Part shown: positions 1 through 9,513 of the stretch, piece by piece
Layout: every line of letters starts with the position of its first letter
Numbering within the stretch: the stretch's first letter is position 1
NCBI GenBank assembly: GCA_028691385.1
Contig: JAQUZL010000001.1
Location: 1 to 50,120 of the forward strand
From: Oscillospiraceae bacterium
GTDB taxonomy: Bacteria > Bacillota > Clostridia > Oscillospirales > Oscillospiraceae
DNA length: 50,120 nt
Reading direction: 5' to 3'
Program-made: the position numbers and the translations under genes
Notes under the pieces: generated by a model
Database searches by the model: none
What the model was told of the DNA's origin: nothing
What the model saw: only the letters and a program-made list of their open reading frames with translations

Positions 1-4
1 AGGG

Positions 5-853
5 ATGAATATGAAAGAGATTGACTTTGAAACCATCGCCCGGACGGTGCGCGATCTGTGCATCGAGGCGGCGTGCGTGCTGCCCGAGGAGCTGCAAACG
101 CGCATCCGTCAGTGCGCAGCCGAGGAGAAAAGCCCTGTGGGGCAGGGCATTTTCGGCGACCTGATCGACAATTTCACACTGGCGCAGGAAAAGATGCTGC
201 CCATCTGTCAGGACACCGGCATGGCGGTGGTGTTTGTGGCGCTGGGGCAGGAGGTGCACATCACCGGCGGCCTGCTGCGCGACGCCATCGACGAGGGTGT
301 CCGCCGCGGCTATCGGGATGGATTTTTGCGTAAAAGCGTGGTGCGCGATCCGCTGCGCCGGGTCAACACCGACGATAATACCCCGGCGGTGGTGCATCTG
401 GAGCTGGTCGCGGGCGATGAAATGACCATCACCGTTGCGCCCAAGGGCTTCGGAAGCGAAAACATGAGCGGCATGAAGCTGTTCACCCCTGCGGCCACCC
501 GCGCGGACATTGAGGACTTTATCGCTGCGGTGGCCGCGAAGGCCGGCTCGAATCCCTGCCCGCCGATGGTGCTGGGCGTGGGACTTGGCGGCACGGTGGA
601 GCAGTGCGCGCTTTTGGCCAAAACCGCGCTGCTGGAGGATCCCACAGAAAGCAACCCCGACCCCTATTATGCGGACATGGAGCGCTGCGCGCTGGAGAAA
701 ATCAACCGCCTCGGCATCGGCCCGCAGGGACTTGGCGGCACAGTGACCGCGCTGTCGGTGCGCATCTGCACCGCGCCCACCCATATTGCCGGATTGCCGT
801 GCGTGGTGAACATGGGTTGCCATGTGACGCGCCACGCCAGTGCAAAACTCTAA
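5..853 (+). CDS. Fe-S (class I) fumarate hydratase / tartrate dehydratase family, alpha (N-terminal domain) subunit
   Basis: 282-aa ORF with family-typical stretches LPICQDTGMAVVF, APKGFGSENMS and PPMVLGVGLGG. No beta-subunit gene follows it. Confidence 0.85.
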   Translation: MNMKEIDFETIARTVRDLCIEAACVLPEELQTRIRQCAAEEKSPVGQGIFGDLIDNFTLAQEKMLPICQDTGMAVVFVALGQEVHITGGLLRDAIDEGVRRGYRDGFLRKSVVRDPLRRVNTDDNTPAVVHLELVAGDEMTITVAPKGFGSENMSGMKLFTPAATRADIEDFIAAVAAKAGSNPCPPMVLGVGLGGTVEQCALLAKTALLEDPTESNPDPYYADMERCALEKINRLGIGPQGLGGTVTALSVRICTAPTHIAGLPCVVNMGCHVTRHASAKL

Positions 854-892
854 AAAACCTTGCAATTTCAAGAAAAAACAGCCCTTACGTGC

Positions 893-921
893 TTGCTATT
901 TCTATTTTAATATGGTATAAT
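893..921 (+). promoter_or_regulatory. sigma-A promoter of the rimP-nusA-infB operon (TTGCTA-17-TATAAT with TGg extended -10)
   Basis: TTGCTA at 893-898, 17-nt spacer, TGgTATAAT with TATAAT at 916-921. Sits in the AT-rich spacer after the upstream stop codon. Confidence 0.6.
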
Positions 922-947
922 GCAAGCAGTAATAGAGTATACTTGAC

Positions 948-981
948 AGAAGAGAGGGGATATTCCCCTCTCTTTCTTGTT
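948..981 (+). promoter_or_regulatory. leader hairpin plus T-rich tract (putative transcription attenuator) ahead of rimP
   Basis: GAGAGGGGA (952-960), loop tat, TCCCCTCTC (964-972), followed by tttcttgtt. Lies about 25 nt downstream of the predicted TSS and 37 nt before the rimP ATG. Confidence 0.5.
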
Positions 982-1017
982 GACCGGACACCTTTTCATC
1001 AGGGGAAAGGAGAAATT

Positions 1018-1470
1018 ATGAAGGTAACGGAACGTGTTTGGGCGTTTGCACAACCGGTCGTGGAGTCGTTTGGCTGCACGCTTTGGGATGTGGAATATGT
1101 CCGCGAGGGCGGCGATCGCATTTTGCGGATTGTCATTGATAAGCAGGGGGGCGTGGACATCAGCGATTGCGAGGCTGTGTCCCGGACGCTTGACCCGATT
1201 CTGGATCAGGAGGACCCGATTCAGGAGAGCTACCAGTTTGAGGTCAGCTCCGCCGGCTGCGAGCGGGTGCTGAAGCGCGCATCGGATTTCGAAACGTTTT
1301 ACGGCAGCCCCATTCTCATCAAGCTCTATCAGCCGCGCGCGGGCGCGAAGGAATATGTCGGCACGCTGGTGGGCTATGACGACGGCCGTGTCACAGCGGA
1401 CTGCGGCGGCAAAACGGAAGTGTTTGAAAAAAGCGAGGTTGCACTGGTGCGCCTTCGCGTCGAATTTTAA
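1018..1470 (+). CDS. rimP: ribosome maturation factor RimP
   Basis: ATG at 1018 preceded by GGAAAGGAG. 150 aa in the conserved position before nusA. The longer ORF from 604 has no RBS and overlaps the promoter. Confidence 0.9.
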   Translation: MKVTERVWAFAQPVVESFGCTLWDVEYVREGGDRILRIVIDKQGGVDISDCEAVSRTLDPILDQEDPIQESYQFEVSSAGCERVLKRASDFETFYGSPILIKLYQPRAGAKEYVGTLVGYDDGRVTADCGGKTEVFEKSEVALVRLRVEF

Positions 1471-1504
1471 TCCAAACCGATATAGGAAGGAATGAGCGAA
1501 AAAA

Positions 1505-2608
1505 ATGAACTCTGAGATTTTTGCAGCGCTCGCCCAGCTCGAGAAGGAGCGCGGCATTCCGAAGGACTATATGGTCGACAAGATCACGCAGGCGCTGGTC
1601 GCAGCGTACAAGAAGGATCGCGACGGCTATGTAGACAATGTGTCTGTGCAGCTGGATGAAAATGACATGCACATGTATGCCCAGAAGGAAGTCGTGGACG
1701 AGGTGTTTTCCGAAGCCAGCGAGATCGCCATCGAGCAGGCGCAGCGGATTGACCCCCATGTGCAGCTGGGCGATTTGGTCAACGTGGAGATTGCAACCAA
1801 GGAATTTGGCCGTATCGCCGCGCAGACCGCCAAGCAGGTCATCATTCAGGGCATTCGGGAGGCCGAGCGCGGCATGGTGTTTGACAGCTTCTCGTCCAAA
1901 GAGCACGAGATTCTGACCGGCACCGTCATGCGCATCGAGCCGCGCACCGGCGACATGACCGTGCGCATCGGCACCAGCGCTGACCGCACCGACGCCTATC
2001 TCGCCGCCGGCGAGCAGGTCAAGGGCGAGGTGCTCCATGAGAACGACAAGGTGCGCGTCTACGTGGTGGAGGTTCGCCGTTCCAGCCGCGGCCCGCAGGT
2101 CATTGTGTCCCGGACGCATCCGGGCCTGGTCAAGCGGCTGTTTGAGCTGGAAGTGCCGGAAATCGCCAACGGACTGGTGGAAATCAAATCCATCGCCCGA
2201 GAGGCCGGCTCCCGCACCAAGCTTGCCGTCTGGTCGTCTGACGCCAACATCGACCCGGTCGGCGCATGCGTCGGCACCCGCGGCGCGCGCGTTGCCGCCG
2301 TGGTGGATGAGCTGGGCGGCGAGAAGATGGACATTGCCACCTGGTCGGAGGATCCGGCGGCCTTTGTTGCAGCCGCGCTCAGCCCGGCGGACGTCATCGA
2401 CGTGCGCGTGCTGCCCGGCGTGAAGAGCTGCCGCGTGGTTGTCCCGGACGATCAGCTCTCGCTTGCCATCGGCAAAGAGGGGCAGAATGCCCGTCTGGCC
2501 GCCCGCCTGACCGGCTATAAGATCGACATCAAGCCGCAGTCCGGCGCCGAGAGCGAGGACGCGGCCGAAGAAGCGGAAGATTCGCTCATCAGCCCGGACG
2601 AGGAATAA
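1505..2608 (+). CDS. nusA: transcription termination/antitermination factor NusA
   Basis: 367 aa. S1 and KH region includes IDPVGACVGTRGARV and LAIGKEGQNARLAARLTG. Acidic C-terminal tail. Confidence 0.97.
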   Translation: MNSEIFAALAQLEKERGIPKDYMVDKITQALVAAYKKDRDGYVDNVSVQLDENDMHMYAQKEVVDEVFSEASEIAIEQAQRIDPHVQLGDLVNVEIATKEFGRIAAQTAKQVIIQGIREAERGMVFDSFSSKEHEILTGTVMRIEPRTGDMTVRIGTSADRTDAYLAAGEQVKGEVLHENDKVRVYVVEVRRSSRGPQVIVSRTHPGLVKRLFELEVPEIANGLVEIKSIAREAGSRTKLAVWSSDANIDPVGACVGTRGARVAAVVDELGGEKMDIATWSEDPAAFVAAALSPADVIDVRVLPGVKSCRVVVPDDQLSLAIGKEGQNARLAARLTGYKIDIKPQSGAESEDAAEEAEDSLISPDEE

Positions 2609-2614
2609 ATCGCC

Positions 2615-2893
2615 ATGCAGAAGAAAATTCCGATGCGGCAGTGTCTTGGCTGCCGCGAAATGAAGCCGAAAAAAGAGCTGGTACGCATTGTGAAGTCGCC
2701 GGAGGGAATCATATCTCTGGACTTCCGCGGCAAAGCGCCCGGTCGCGGCGCCTATGTGTGCCAGAGCGCGGAATGCCTGAAAAAGGCGATGAAATCCAAA
2801 GCGCTGGAGCGCGGCTTCGAAACCCAGATTCCGCAGGCGGTTTATGACGGCCTGCTTGCAACCATAGAGGAAGGTGCCGAGGATGGCAAGTAA
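2615..2893 (+). CDS. ylxR: YlxR/DUF448 family RNA-binding protein
   Basis: 92 aa. Signature MRQCLGCREMKPKKELVRIV and GRGAYVC. Conserved position after nusA. Confidence 0.9.
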   Translation: MQKKIPMRQCLGCREMKPKKELVRIVKSPEGIISLDFRGKAPGRGAYVCQSAECLKKAMKSKALERGFETQIPQAVYDGLLATIEEGAEDGK

Positions 2894-3245
2894 CGCGTTG
2901 GGGCTGTTAGGCCTCGGAAAACGCGGCGGCAATGTGTTCGCCGGAGAAGACCCGGTGATTACCGCCTGCCGCGCAGGACGTGCAAGGCTGGTTCTTGTGG
3001 CCAGCGACGCGGGCGAGCATACCATTCGCCGCGCCGGAAACCTGTTTACAGGGCCGGTGATTCAAGTTCCGTACGACAAGGTGGCGCTGGGCGCTGCCCT
3101 CGGCATGAGAAGCTGCGCCGTGGCGGCGCTGGGCGATGCGCGCCTGGCACTGTCATTCGTTCGGAAATTGGACGGCGATTATGCATCCGCCATTGCCGTG
3201 CTGGAAAAAATCACCGCGCCGCGCCTTCCTGCCAAACAAAAATAA
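2883..3245 (+). CDS. ylxQ: L7Ae/YlxQ family ribosome-associated protein
   Basis: ATG 2883 preceded by GAGGAAGG (a GTG at 2874 is an alternative start). Contains [18 protein letters not shown] and [14 protein letters not shown]. Conserved position before infB. Confidence 0.85.
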   Translation: MASNALGLLGLGKRGGNVFAGEDPVITACRAGRARLVLVASDAGEHTIRRAGNLFTGPVIQVPYDKVALGAALGMRSCAVAALGDARLALSFVRKLDGDYASAIAVLEKITAPRLPAKQK

Positions 3246-3262
3246 TTGATGGAGGTGGCCAG

Positions 3263-5653
3263 ATGAGTACACTCATTAAATATCGGATCCGTGATGTGGC
3301 CAAGGACTTCGGATTTCAGGTAAAAGAAGTCATGGAGATCGCAGATCAGTATTTGGACGAAAAGCCGAAAAATAATATGCAGGTGCTGGAGGAGCAGGAG
3401 TTGAATTTAATGTTCGATCATATTACCCAGCATCATCAGATTGGGTCGCTGGAGGAAGTCTTTGCCGCAGTGCCGGTTCCGGCAGCCAAGGATGACCCCA
3501 GCAAGCTGGTTGTGGACGATGCCCCGGCTGCGCCGCAGCCCAGCCAGCCCACCGAAAAGCCTGCGCAGCAGGCGACCGGTGCGCCCCACGCCCCGCAGGC
3601 GACCGGCGCACCCCACGCCCAGAACAGTCAGCCTGCCAAGCCCGGCGAGCCGGAGCGTAAGCGCGAGCGCCGCGTGGTCGATACCTCGGCCGTCACCGTG
3701 AATACCGCCCGCTTTGACGACCATGTTGACAAGCTGGTTTCCGAGCGCGTGTCCGAAATTCGCGGCGGCAAGCAGCGCTTCAACGGAAAGAACGGCAGAA
3801 ATCAGCCGGCGGGCAAGAAAAAGGGCACGTTCTTCAGCGGAAAGCAGCGCAACGAGGAGCAGGAGAAGATTCGCCGTTTGCAGCTGGAAATTGCCAAAAA
3901 AGCACCGCTGGTGGTTAAGATTCCGGACGAAATCGCCGTTGGCGAGTTGGCGTCCCGGATGAAGAAAACCGGCGCGGAGGTTGTCAAGAGCCTGATGAAG
4001 ATGGGCGTTATGGCGTCGATCAGTCAGGTCATCGACTATGATACCGCCGCATTGGTGGCGCTGGAATTCAACTGCAAGGTGGAAAAGGAAGTTGTTGTCA
4101 CCATCGAAGAGCGCCTGTTCGACGATCACGAGGACACCACCGAGGAGCTGATCGAGCGCGCGCCGGTCGTGGTTGTCATGGGTCACGTTGACCACGGCAA
4201 GACCAGCCTGCTGGACTATATCCGCAACAGCCACGTGGCCTCCGGCGAAGCCGGCGGCATCACCCAGGCCATCGGCGCCTATCAGGTTAAGGTGCAGGAT
4301 CGCCTGATTACCTTCCTCGATACCCCGGGTCACGAAGCCTTTACCGCGATGCGCGCCCGCGGCGCGATGTGCACCGATATTGCCATTTTGGTGGTGGCGG
4401 CGGACGACGGCATTATGCCGCAGACCGTGGAAGCCATCAACCACGCAAAGGCTGCCAATATTCCGCTGATTGTGGCCATCAACAAGATGGATAAGCCGGG
4501 CGCAAACCCGGATCGCATCAAAACGCAGATCATGGAGTATGAGCTGGTGCCGGAGGAATTCGGCGGCGATACCATCATGTGCCCCATCTCCGCCAAGACT
4601 GGCGACGGCGTTGACAGCCTGCTGGAAATGGTGCTGCTGACGGCCGATATGCAGGAGCTGAAGGCCAATCCCGACCGCGCCGCCAAGGGCGTCGTGCTCG
4701 AGGCGCGGCTTGACAAGACCCGCGGCCCGGTGGCAACGCTTCTGGTGCAGAACGGCACCCTCAATCAGGGCGACGTCATCATTGCAGGCACCGCCGTTGG
4801 CCGCGTCCGCGTGATGAACGACGACAAGGGCAGAGCCGTCAAGTCCGCAGGCCCGTCCATGCCGGTGGAGATTACCGGTCTGAGCGAAGCGCCCGGCGCG
4901 GGCGACAGCTTCAGCGCCGTCATCGACGAGCGCATGGCACGCCAGCTGGTCGAGCAGCGCAAATCGCAGGAAAAGGACGCCGCTGCCGCTTCCGTGAATA
5001 AGATTACCCTCGACAACCTGTTCTCCCAGATGCAGGAGGGTGAGATGAAGCAGCTTTCCGTCGTAGTGAAAGCCGACGTCAAAGGCTCTGCCGAGGCGGT
5101 CAAGGTCAGCCTTGAAAAGCTCTCCAACGCTGAGGTGCGCGTGAAGGTCATCCATGCCGGCGTCGGCGCGATTACCGAGGGCGACATTCTGCTCGCTTCC
5201 ACCTCCAACGCGATTGTGGTCGGCTTCAACGTGCGCCCGCAGGCGTCTGCGGCGGCACATGCCGCGCGCGACCATGTGGATGTGCGGATGTACCGCGTCA
5301 TTTACGACGCCATCAACGAGATCGAGTCTGCCATGAAGGGCATGCTGGCGCCCACCTTCCGCGAGGAGCTGCTGGGTCATGCCGAGGTGCGCCAGACCTA
5401 CAAGGTGTCCGCCATCGGCACCATCGCCGGCTGCTATGTGCTCGACGGCAAAATCACCCGCAGCGCCAAGGTGCGCGTGCTGCGTGACGATGTGGTCATC
5501 AACGAGGGCGAGCTGGATTCGCTGCAGCGCTTCAAGGACTCCGTCAAGGAGGTCACTGCAGGCTACGAATGCGGCATGCATCTGGATAAGTTCAACGACA
5601 TCAAAGAGGGCGACATTTTCGAGTGCTTCGAGATGAAGCAGATCAAAAACTGA
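3263..5653 (+). CDS. infB: translation initiation factor IF-2
   Basis: 796 aa. GTPase motifs [20 protein letters not shown] and NKMD. RBS GGAGGTGG upstream. Confidence 0.98.
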   Translation: MSTLIKYRIRDVAKDFGFQVKEVMEIADQYLDEKPKNNMQVLEEQELNLMFDHITQHHQIGSLEEVFAAVPVPAAKDDPSKLVVDDAPAAPQPSQPTEKPAQQATGAPHAPQATGAPHAQNSQPAKPGEPERKRERRVVDTSAVTVNTARFDDHVDKLVSERVSEIRGGKQRFNGKNGRNQPAGKKKGTFFSGKQRNEEQEKIRRLQLEIAKKAPLVVKIPDEIAVGELASRMKKTGAEVVKSLMKMGVMASISQVIDYDTAALVALEFNCKVEKEVVVTIEERLFDDHEDTTEELIERAPVVVVMGHVDHGKTSLLDYIRNSHVASGEAGGITQAIGAYQVKVQDRLITFLDTPGHEAFTAMRARGAMCTDIAILVVAADDGIMPQTVEAINHAKAANIPLIVAINKMDKPGANPDRIKTQIMEYELVPEEFGGDTIMCPISAKTGDGVDSLLEMVLLTADMQELKANPDRAAKGVVLEARLDKTRGPVATLLVQNGTLNQGDVIIAGTAVGRVRVMNDDKGRAVKSAGPSMPVEITGLSEAPGAGDSFSAVIDERMARQLVEQRKSQEKDAAAASVNKITLDNLFSQMQEGEMKQLSVVVKADVKGSAEAVKVSLEKLSNAEVRVKVIHAGVGAITEGDILLASTSNAIVVGFNVRPQASAAAHAARDHVDVRMYRVIYDAINEIESAMKGMLAPTFREELLGHAEVRQTYKVSAIGTIAGCYVLDGKITRSAKVRVLRDDVVINEGELDSLQRFKDSVKEVTAGYECGMHLDKFNDIKEGDIFECFEMKQIKN

Positions 5654-5683
5654 TCGCCGGACTCCTGAGAGGCGGTTTTAACC

Positions 5684-6043
5684 ATGGCATCCAATCGAAT
5701 CGGAAGAATTAACGACGAAATACAGCGCGAGCTGTCTGTGCTGCTCCGCGGCCTCAAGGATCCGCGCGTGCAGGGGCTGATTTCCGTCACTGCGGTGGAA
5801 ACCACGCAGGATTTGCGCTACGCCAAGGTGTTTGTGAGCGCGCTGGATAAAACCAAAACGCAGGATATGCTCAAGGGGCTGAAATCGGCGTCCGGCTTCC
5901 TGCGCCGCGAGATCGGCAGCAAGCTGCAGCTGCGCTATACGCCGGAGCTGCTGTTTGTAGAGGATCATGCCATCGAAACCGGCACGCGGATGAACGCGCT
6001 GCTGCATTCGCTGCAGATCCCGGAGGATCACGATGAGGATTGA
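5684..6043 (+). CDS. rbfA: ribosome-binding factor A
   Basis: 119 aa. Contains RINDEIQRELSVLL and a KH-like core. Conserved position after infB. Confidence 0.93.
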   Translation: MASNRIGRINDEIQRELSVLLRGLKDPRVQGLISVTAVETTQDLRYAKVFVSALDKTKTQDMLKGLKSASGFLRREIGSKLQLRYTPELLFVEDHAIETGTRMNALLHSLQIPEDHDED

Positions 6044-6986
6044 CCTGACCGCCGCAGCCGCATGGCTGCGCGAACACGACAATTTTGTCATTCTGACCCA
6101 TCGCCGTCCCGACGGCGATGCGGTCGGCTCCGCCGGGGCGCTCTGCATGGGGCTGCGGCAGCTGGGCAAGCGCGCGGTGGTGCTGGAAAATCCCCAGTTC
6201 ACCCCGCTCTACCGGCCGTACCTGCGGGACTGTGTGGGCGCGATGCCGGAAAATCCCACCATTGTGTCCGTGGACATGGCAACGGAAAACCTGCTGCTGC
6301 TGACACACGAGCCGGTGGCCGGAAAGACCCAGCTCGCCATCGACCACCATGAGTCCAACGATGACTATGCCGCGCTCACGGCGGTGCGGGCGGATTATGC
6401 CGCCTGCGGCGAGGCCATCTATGAGATTTTGCGGATGCTGGGCGTCACCATCGACGCTGCCATCGGCGAGGCGCTCTATGTGGCCATCTCCACCGATACC
6501 GGCTGCTTCCGCTATGCCAACACCAGCGCCCACACCTTCACCATCGCTGCGGCGCTCAAAACACTGGGTGTGGAGCAGTACAAAATCAACAAGCTGCTCT
6601 TTGCCACCAAAACGCTGGCAAGAATGCGCCTGGAAGCGCGGCTCACCGAAACCATTGAGTTTTACGCGGGCGGCCTGATCGGGCTTTGCACCATGCCGCA
6701 GGCCATGATGGATGAGTTGGGCGTGAGCGAGGACGACGCGGACGGCGTGTCCGGCTTTGCCCGGAGCGTGCAGGGCGTGCAGATCGGCGTCATGATCCGC
6801 GAGGTGGAGCAGGGCGCGGGTAAGATTTCCCTGCGCACCGGTGATTCGTTCAACGCGTCGGAGCTTTGCCGCACCTTGGGCGGCGGCGGCCATCGCGCGG
6901 CGGCCGGCGCGACAGTGCCGGGCGGCATCGACGCGGCCAAGCAGGCGGTGCTTGCCGCCATTGCCGCAGCCGGGGTAACGCTGTGA
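6033..6986 (+). CDS. nrnA: DHH/DHHA1 phosphoesterase (NrnA-like oligoribonuclease / pAp phosphatase)
   Basis: Motifs HRRPDGDAVGS, AIDHHESN and GGGGHRAAAG. Overlaps the rbfA stop. Confidence 0.85.
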   Translation: MRIDLTAAAAWLREHDNFVILTHRRPDGDAVGSAGALCMGLRQLGKRAVVLENPQFTPLYRPYLRDCVGAMPENPTIVSVDMATENLLLLTHEPVAGKTQLAIDHHESNDDYAALTAVRADYAACGEAIYEILRMLGVTIDAAIGEALYVAISTDTGCFRYANTSAHTFTIAAALKTLGVEQYKINKLLFATKTLARMRLEARLTETIEFYAGGLIGLCTMPQAMMDELGVSEDDADGVSGFARSVQGVQIGVMIREVEQGAGKISLRTGDSFNASELCRTLGGGGHRAAAGATVPGGIDAAKQAVLAAIAAAGVTL

Positions 6987-7852
6987 TGACGAGCGGCATT
7001 ATTATTTTGGACAAGCCCGCAGGCTGGACCAGCTTCGACGCGGTGCATAAGCTGCGCAATTTGCTCCATGCCCGCCGTGTGGGACACGGCGGCACGCTGG
7101 ACCCCATGGCCACCGGCGTTTTGCCGGTGTTTGTGGGACGCGCCACGCGCGCGGTGGAGCTGTTCGAGGCGGCGGACAAAACCTATCTTGCCGGGCTGCA
7201 GCTTGGCGTCATCACCGATACGGAGGATACCACGGGTACGGTGCTGGAGCGGCGGCCGGTGGCGGTGACCGAAGCGCAGCTGCGCGCGGCCGTTGCAGCG
7301 CTCATCGGCGCGCAGGAGCAGGTGCCGCCGATGTATTCCGCCATCAAGGTGGACGGCAAGCGGCTGTACGCGCTGGCGCGCAAAGGCAAAGAGGTGGCGC
7401 GCAAGCCCCGCCCCATCACGGTTTATGAGGCGGAGCTGCTGTCTTTTTCCGGCGATACGGCGCAGTTTCGCGTGCGGTGCTCCAAGGGTACCTATATTCG
7501 GTCGCTGTGCCGGGATTTGGGCGAGCGGCTTGGCTGCGGCGGGTGCATGTGCGCGCTGCGGCGCACGCAGGCCGGCGTCTATACCGCGCACGACGCAGTC
7601 AGCCTTGACACGGTCGCGGCGGCGGACGACCCATGGTCGCTGCTGCGCCCGGTGGACAGCATGTTTGCGGATTTGCCCGCCTATACGGCGAGTGCCGCGC
7701 AGACCATAAAAATTCGGAACGGCGTTGCCGTTCCGGGCGATTTTCCAGAGGGACGCTGTCGGGTCTATGACCCGGATGGCGCGTTTTTGATGCTGGGCGA
7801 ACAGAAAGACGGAACGCTTGGCACGATTAAGAGCTTTTTCGAGGTGATTTAA
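6986..7852 (+). CDS. truB: tRNA pseudouridine-55 synthase TruB
   Basis: ATG 6986 overlaps the nrnA stop (ATGA). Contains ILDKPAGWTSFDAV and GHGGTLDPMATGVL (catalytic Asp motif). The ORF-track start at 6866 is an in-frame upstream extension inside nrnA. Confidence 0.95.
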   Translation: MTSGIIILDKPAGWTSFDAVHKLRNLLHARRVGHGGTLDPMATGVLPVFVGRATRAVELFEAADKTYLAGLQLGVITDTEDTTGTVLERRPVAVTEAQLRAAVAALIGAQEQVPPMYSAIKVDGKRLYALARKGKEVARKPRPITVYEAELLSFSGDTAQFRVRCSKGTYIRSLCRDLGERLGCGGCMCALRRTQAGVYTAHDAVSLDTVAAADDPWSLLRPVDSMFADLPAYTASAAQTIKIRNGVAVPGDFPEGRCRVYDPDGAFLMLGEQKDGTLGTIKSFFEVI

Positions 7853-7854
7853 GG

Positions 7855-8742
7855 TTGGAAGGCAAGCGCGTAATTGCACTGGGCTTTTTTGACGGCGCAC
7901 ATATTGGCCATGCCGGCCTTTTGAATCAGTGTCGGGCGGTGGCAGACCGCCTTGGCGTGCGCGCCGCGGTGATGACCTTTGACTTGCATCCGGACACGCT
8001 GGTGGCCGGCGTGCCGGTGATGCTCATCAATTCCAAAGCGGACAGAGAGGACATTTTCCACCGGCTGTTTGACATTGACGATGTGATCTATTTTCATTTT
8101 ACCGAGCAGACCATGCACCTGTCGTGGCAGGACTTTATCGACGACTATCTCATCGGTCAGCTGGGCGCGACCCATTTGGTCTGCGGCTATGATTTTCATT
8201 TTGGCGACCGCGGCGCGGGCAATCCACAGCGCCTGATGGCGCGCTGTCGGGAAAAGGGCATCGGCTGCGATGTGATTGCGCAGACCACGCTGGACTCCAT
8301 TACGGTGTCCTCCACGTATATCCGCTCGCTGATCGCGGCGGGGGATATGGAGCAGGCAAGACGATTTTTGGGACATCCGCATCTGGTAAGCGGCATTGTG
8401 GAGCACGGCAAAAAGCTGGGGCGGAAAATCGGTTCGCCTACGGCGAACCTTACCCTGCCGGATAGTGTGCAGGTGCCCGCCTTTGGCGTCTATGCCACCA
8501 AGGTCTATGTGGAGGAAAAAGAATATTTTGCGGTCACCAATGTGGGCAACAACCCCACGGTGGGCGGCGAGCGCGTCACGGTGGAGCCGTGGATTCTGGA
8601 CTTTTCCGGCGACCTGTACGGCAAGCGCATTCGTGTGGAGTTCTACAAGAAGCTGCGCGGCGAAAAACAATTTGCATCTCTGGACGAGCTGAAAGCGGAA
8701 ATCCAGAAAAACGCGGAGGAAACCCGGGCTTATTTTGCATAA
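7855..8742 (+). CDS. ribF: bifunctional riboflavin kinase / FMN adenylyltransferase
   Basis: TTG start. Contains GFFDGAHIGHAGLL and a C-terminal riboflavin kinase region (PTANL, GVYA, EFYKKLR). Confidence 0.93.
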   Translation: MEGKRVIALGFFDGAHIGHAGLLNQCRAVADRLGVRAAVMTFDLHPDTLVAGVPVMLINSKADREDIFHRLFDIDDVIYFHFTEQTMHLSWQDFIDDYLIGQLGATHLVCGYDFHFGDRGAGNPQRLMARCREKGIGCDVIAQTTLDSITVSSTYIRSLIAAGDMEQARRFLGHPHLVSGIVEHGKKLGRKIGSPTANLTLPDSVQVPAFGVYATKVYVEEKEYFAVTNVGNNPTVGGERVTVEPWILDFSGDLYGKRIRVEFYKKLRGEKQFASLDELKAEIQKNAEETRAYFA

Positions 8743-8786
8743 AAAATACACGTTGGAATCGGTGAGATTTCAACGTGTATTTTTTA
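8741..8786. terminator. bidirectional intrinsic terminator between ribF and the CYTH gene
   Basis: Arms ATACACGTTG (8746-8755) and CAACGTGTAT (8771-8780), flanked by an A-run and a T-run. Confidence 0.7.
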
Positions 8787-9365
8787 TTGTTTTGTCAGTG
8801 CCAGCGCGCGGGCAAATTTGCTCAGCGGCTCAATGTGCAGGTTGTAGTTCAGCGTCAGGTAATATTCCAGCGGCAGCAGCGCTGTGGCCGGCCCTGATTT
8901 CAGCTCCAGCTCCACCTCGCATACCGGCGCGGTCTTTGCGCCGCCGATGAGCACGCCGCGGTCGCAGGCCAGCTCAATGGTTGCGTCCTGCCGGAGCAGG
9001 CTGACGGCGGTGCGCGTGAAGTGCGCCGAGCAGAGCGTTTTGAACTGCTTGATGTTGGAAAGCTCTTCCGGCGCGCCCTGCTTGATGAGCTGCGGAATGG
9101 CCTCGGCCGGGGACTGCGCCTGACATTCCCACTCGTAGCGGAAGGTCTGATCATCGCCGGGCATTTTCATGGTGACAATCGGCACGCCGTTTTCCCAGCG
9201 CATGCGCAAAACCCAATGGCGCTCGCGGTAATAGGCGTCCAGATCAAAATACGTGGTGTCCATGTTGTACATCGCCGTTTTCCCGCGCAGTCGCGGATCG
9301 CGCAGAATTGCGCCGAGAACGCCGCTGTCCGGTGCGGCCAGCTTGATCTCCCGTTCTTGTGCCAT
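8784..9365 (-). CDS. CYTH-domain protein (triphosphate tunnel metalloenzyme family)
   Basis: 193 aa. N-terminal ExExK motif (EREIKL). RBS GGAGGAG upstream of the ATG. Confidence 0.75.
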   Translation of the reverse strand: MAQEREIKLAAPDSGVLGAILRDPRLRGKTAMYNMDTTYFDLDAYYRERHWVLRMRWENGVPIVTMKMPGDDQTFRYEWECQAQSPAEAIPQLIKQGAPEELSNIKQFKTLCSAHFTRTAVSLLRQDATIELACDRGVLIGGAKTAPVCEVELELKSGPATALLPLEYYLTLNYNLHIEPLSKFARALALTKQ

Positions 9366-9513
9366 GCAATCTCCTCCGTTTCAAGCTTTAGTATACGGCG
9401 AAATCGCTTGCGATGCAAGAAATTTCTCCGGGAAATCCGCCATTACCATTTCCCGACAGAAAGTGAAGTTGGGAAATGGTAAAATAAGGAAAACAAAGGA
9501 GGAGATCGGCAAG

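Noticed and set aside
5-853. Orphan fumarate hydratase alpha subunit (no beta subunit downstream) as an anomaly
   Set aside because: The partner gene may lie just upstream of the window edge, so this cannot be judged from the window.
9396-9402. Spo0A box (CGGCGAA, 6/7 match to TGNCGAA) upstream of spoIIE
   Set aside because: A single degenerate 7-mer is not distinguishable from chance.
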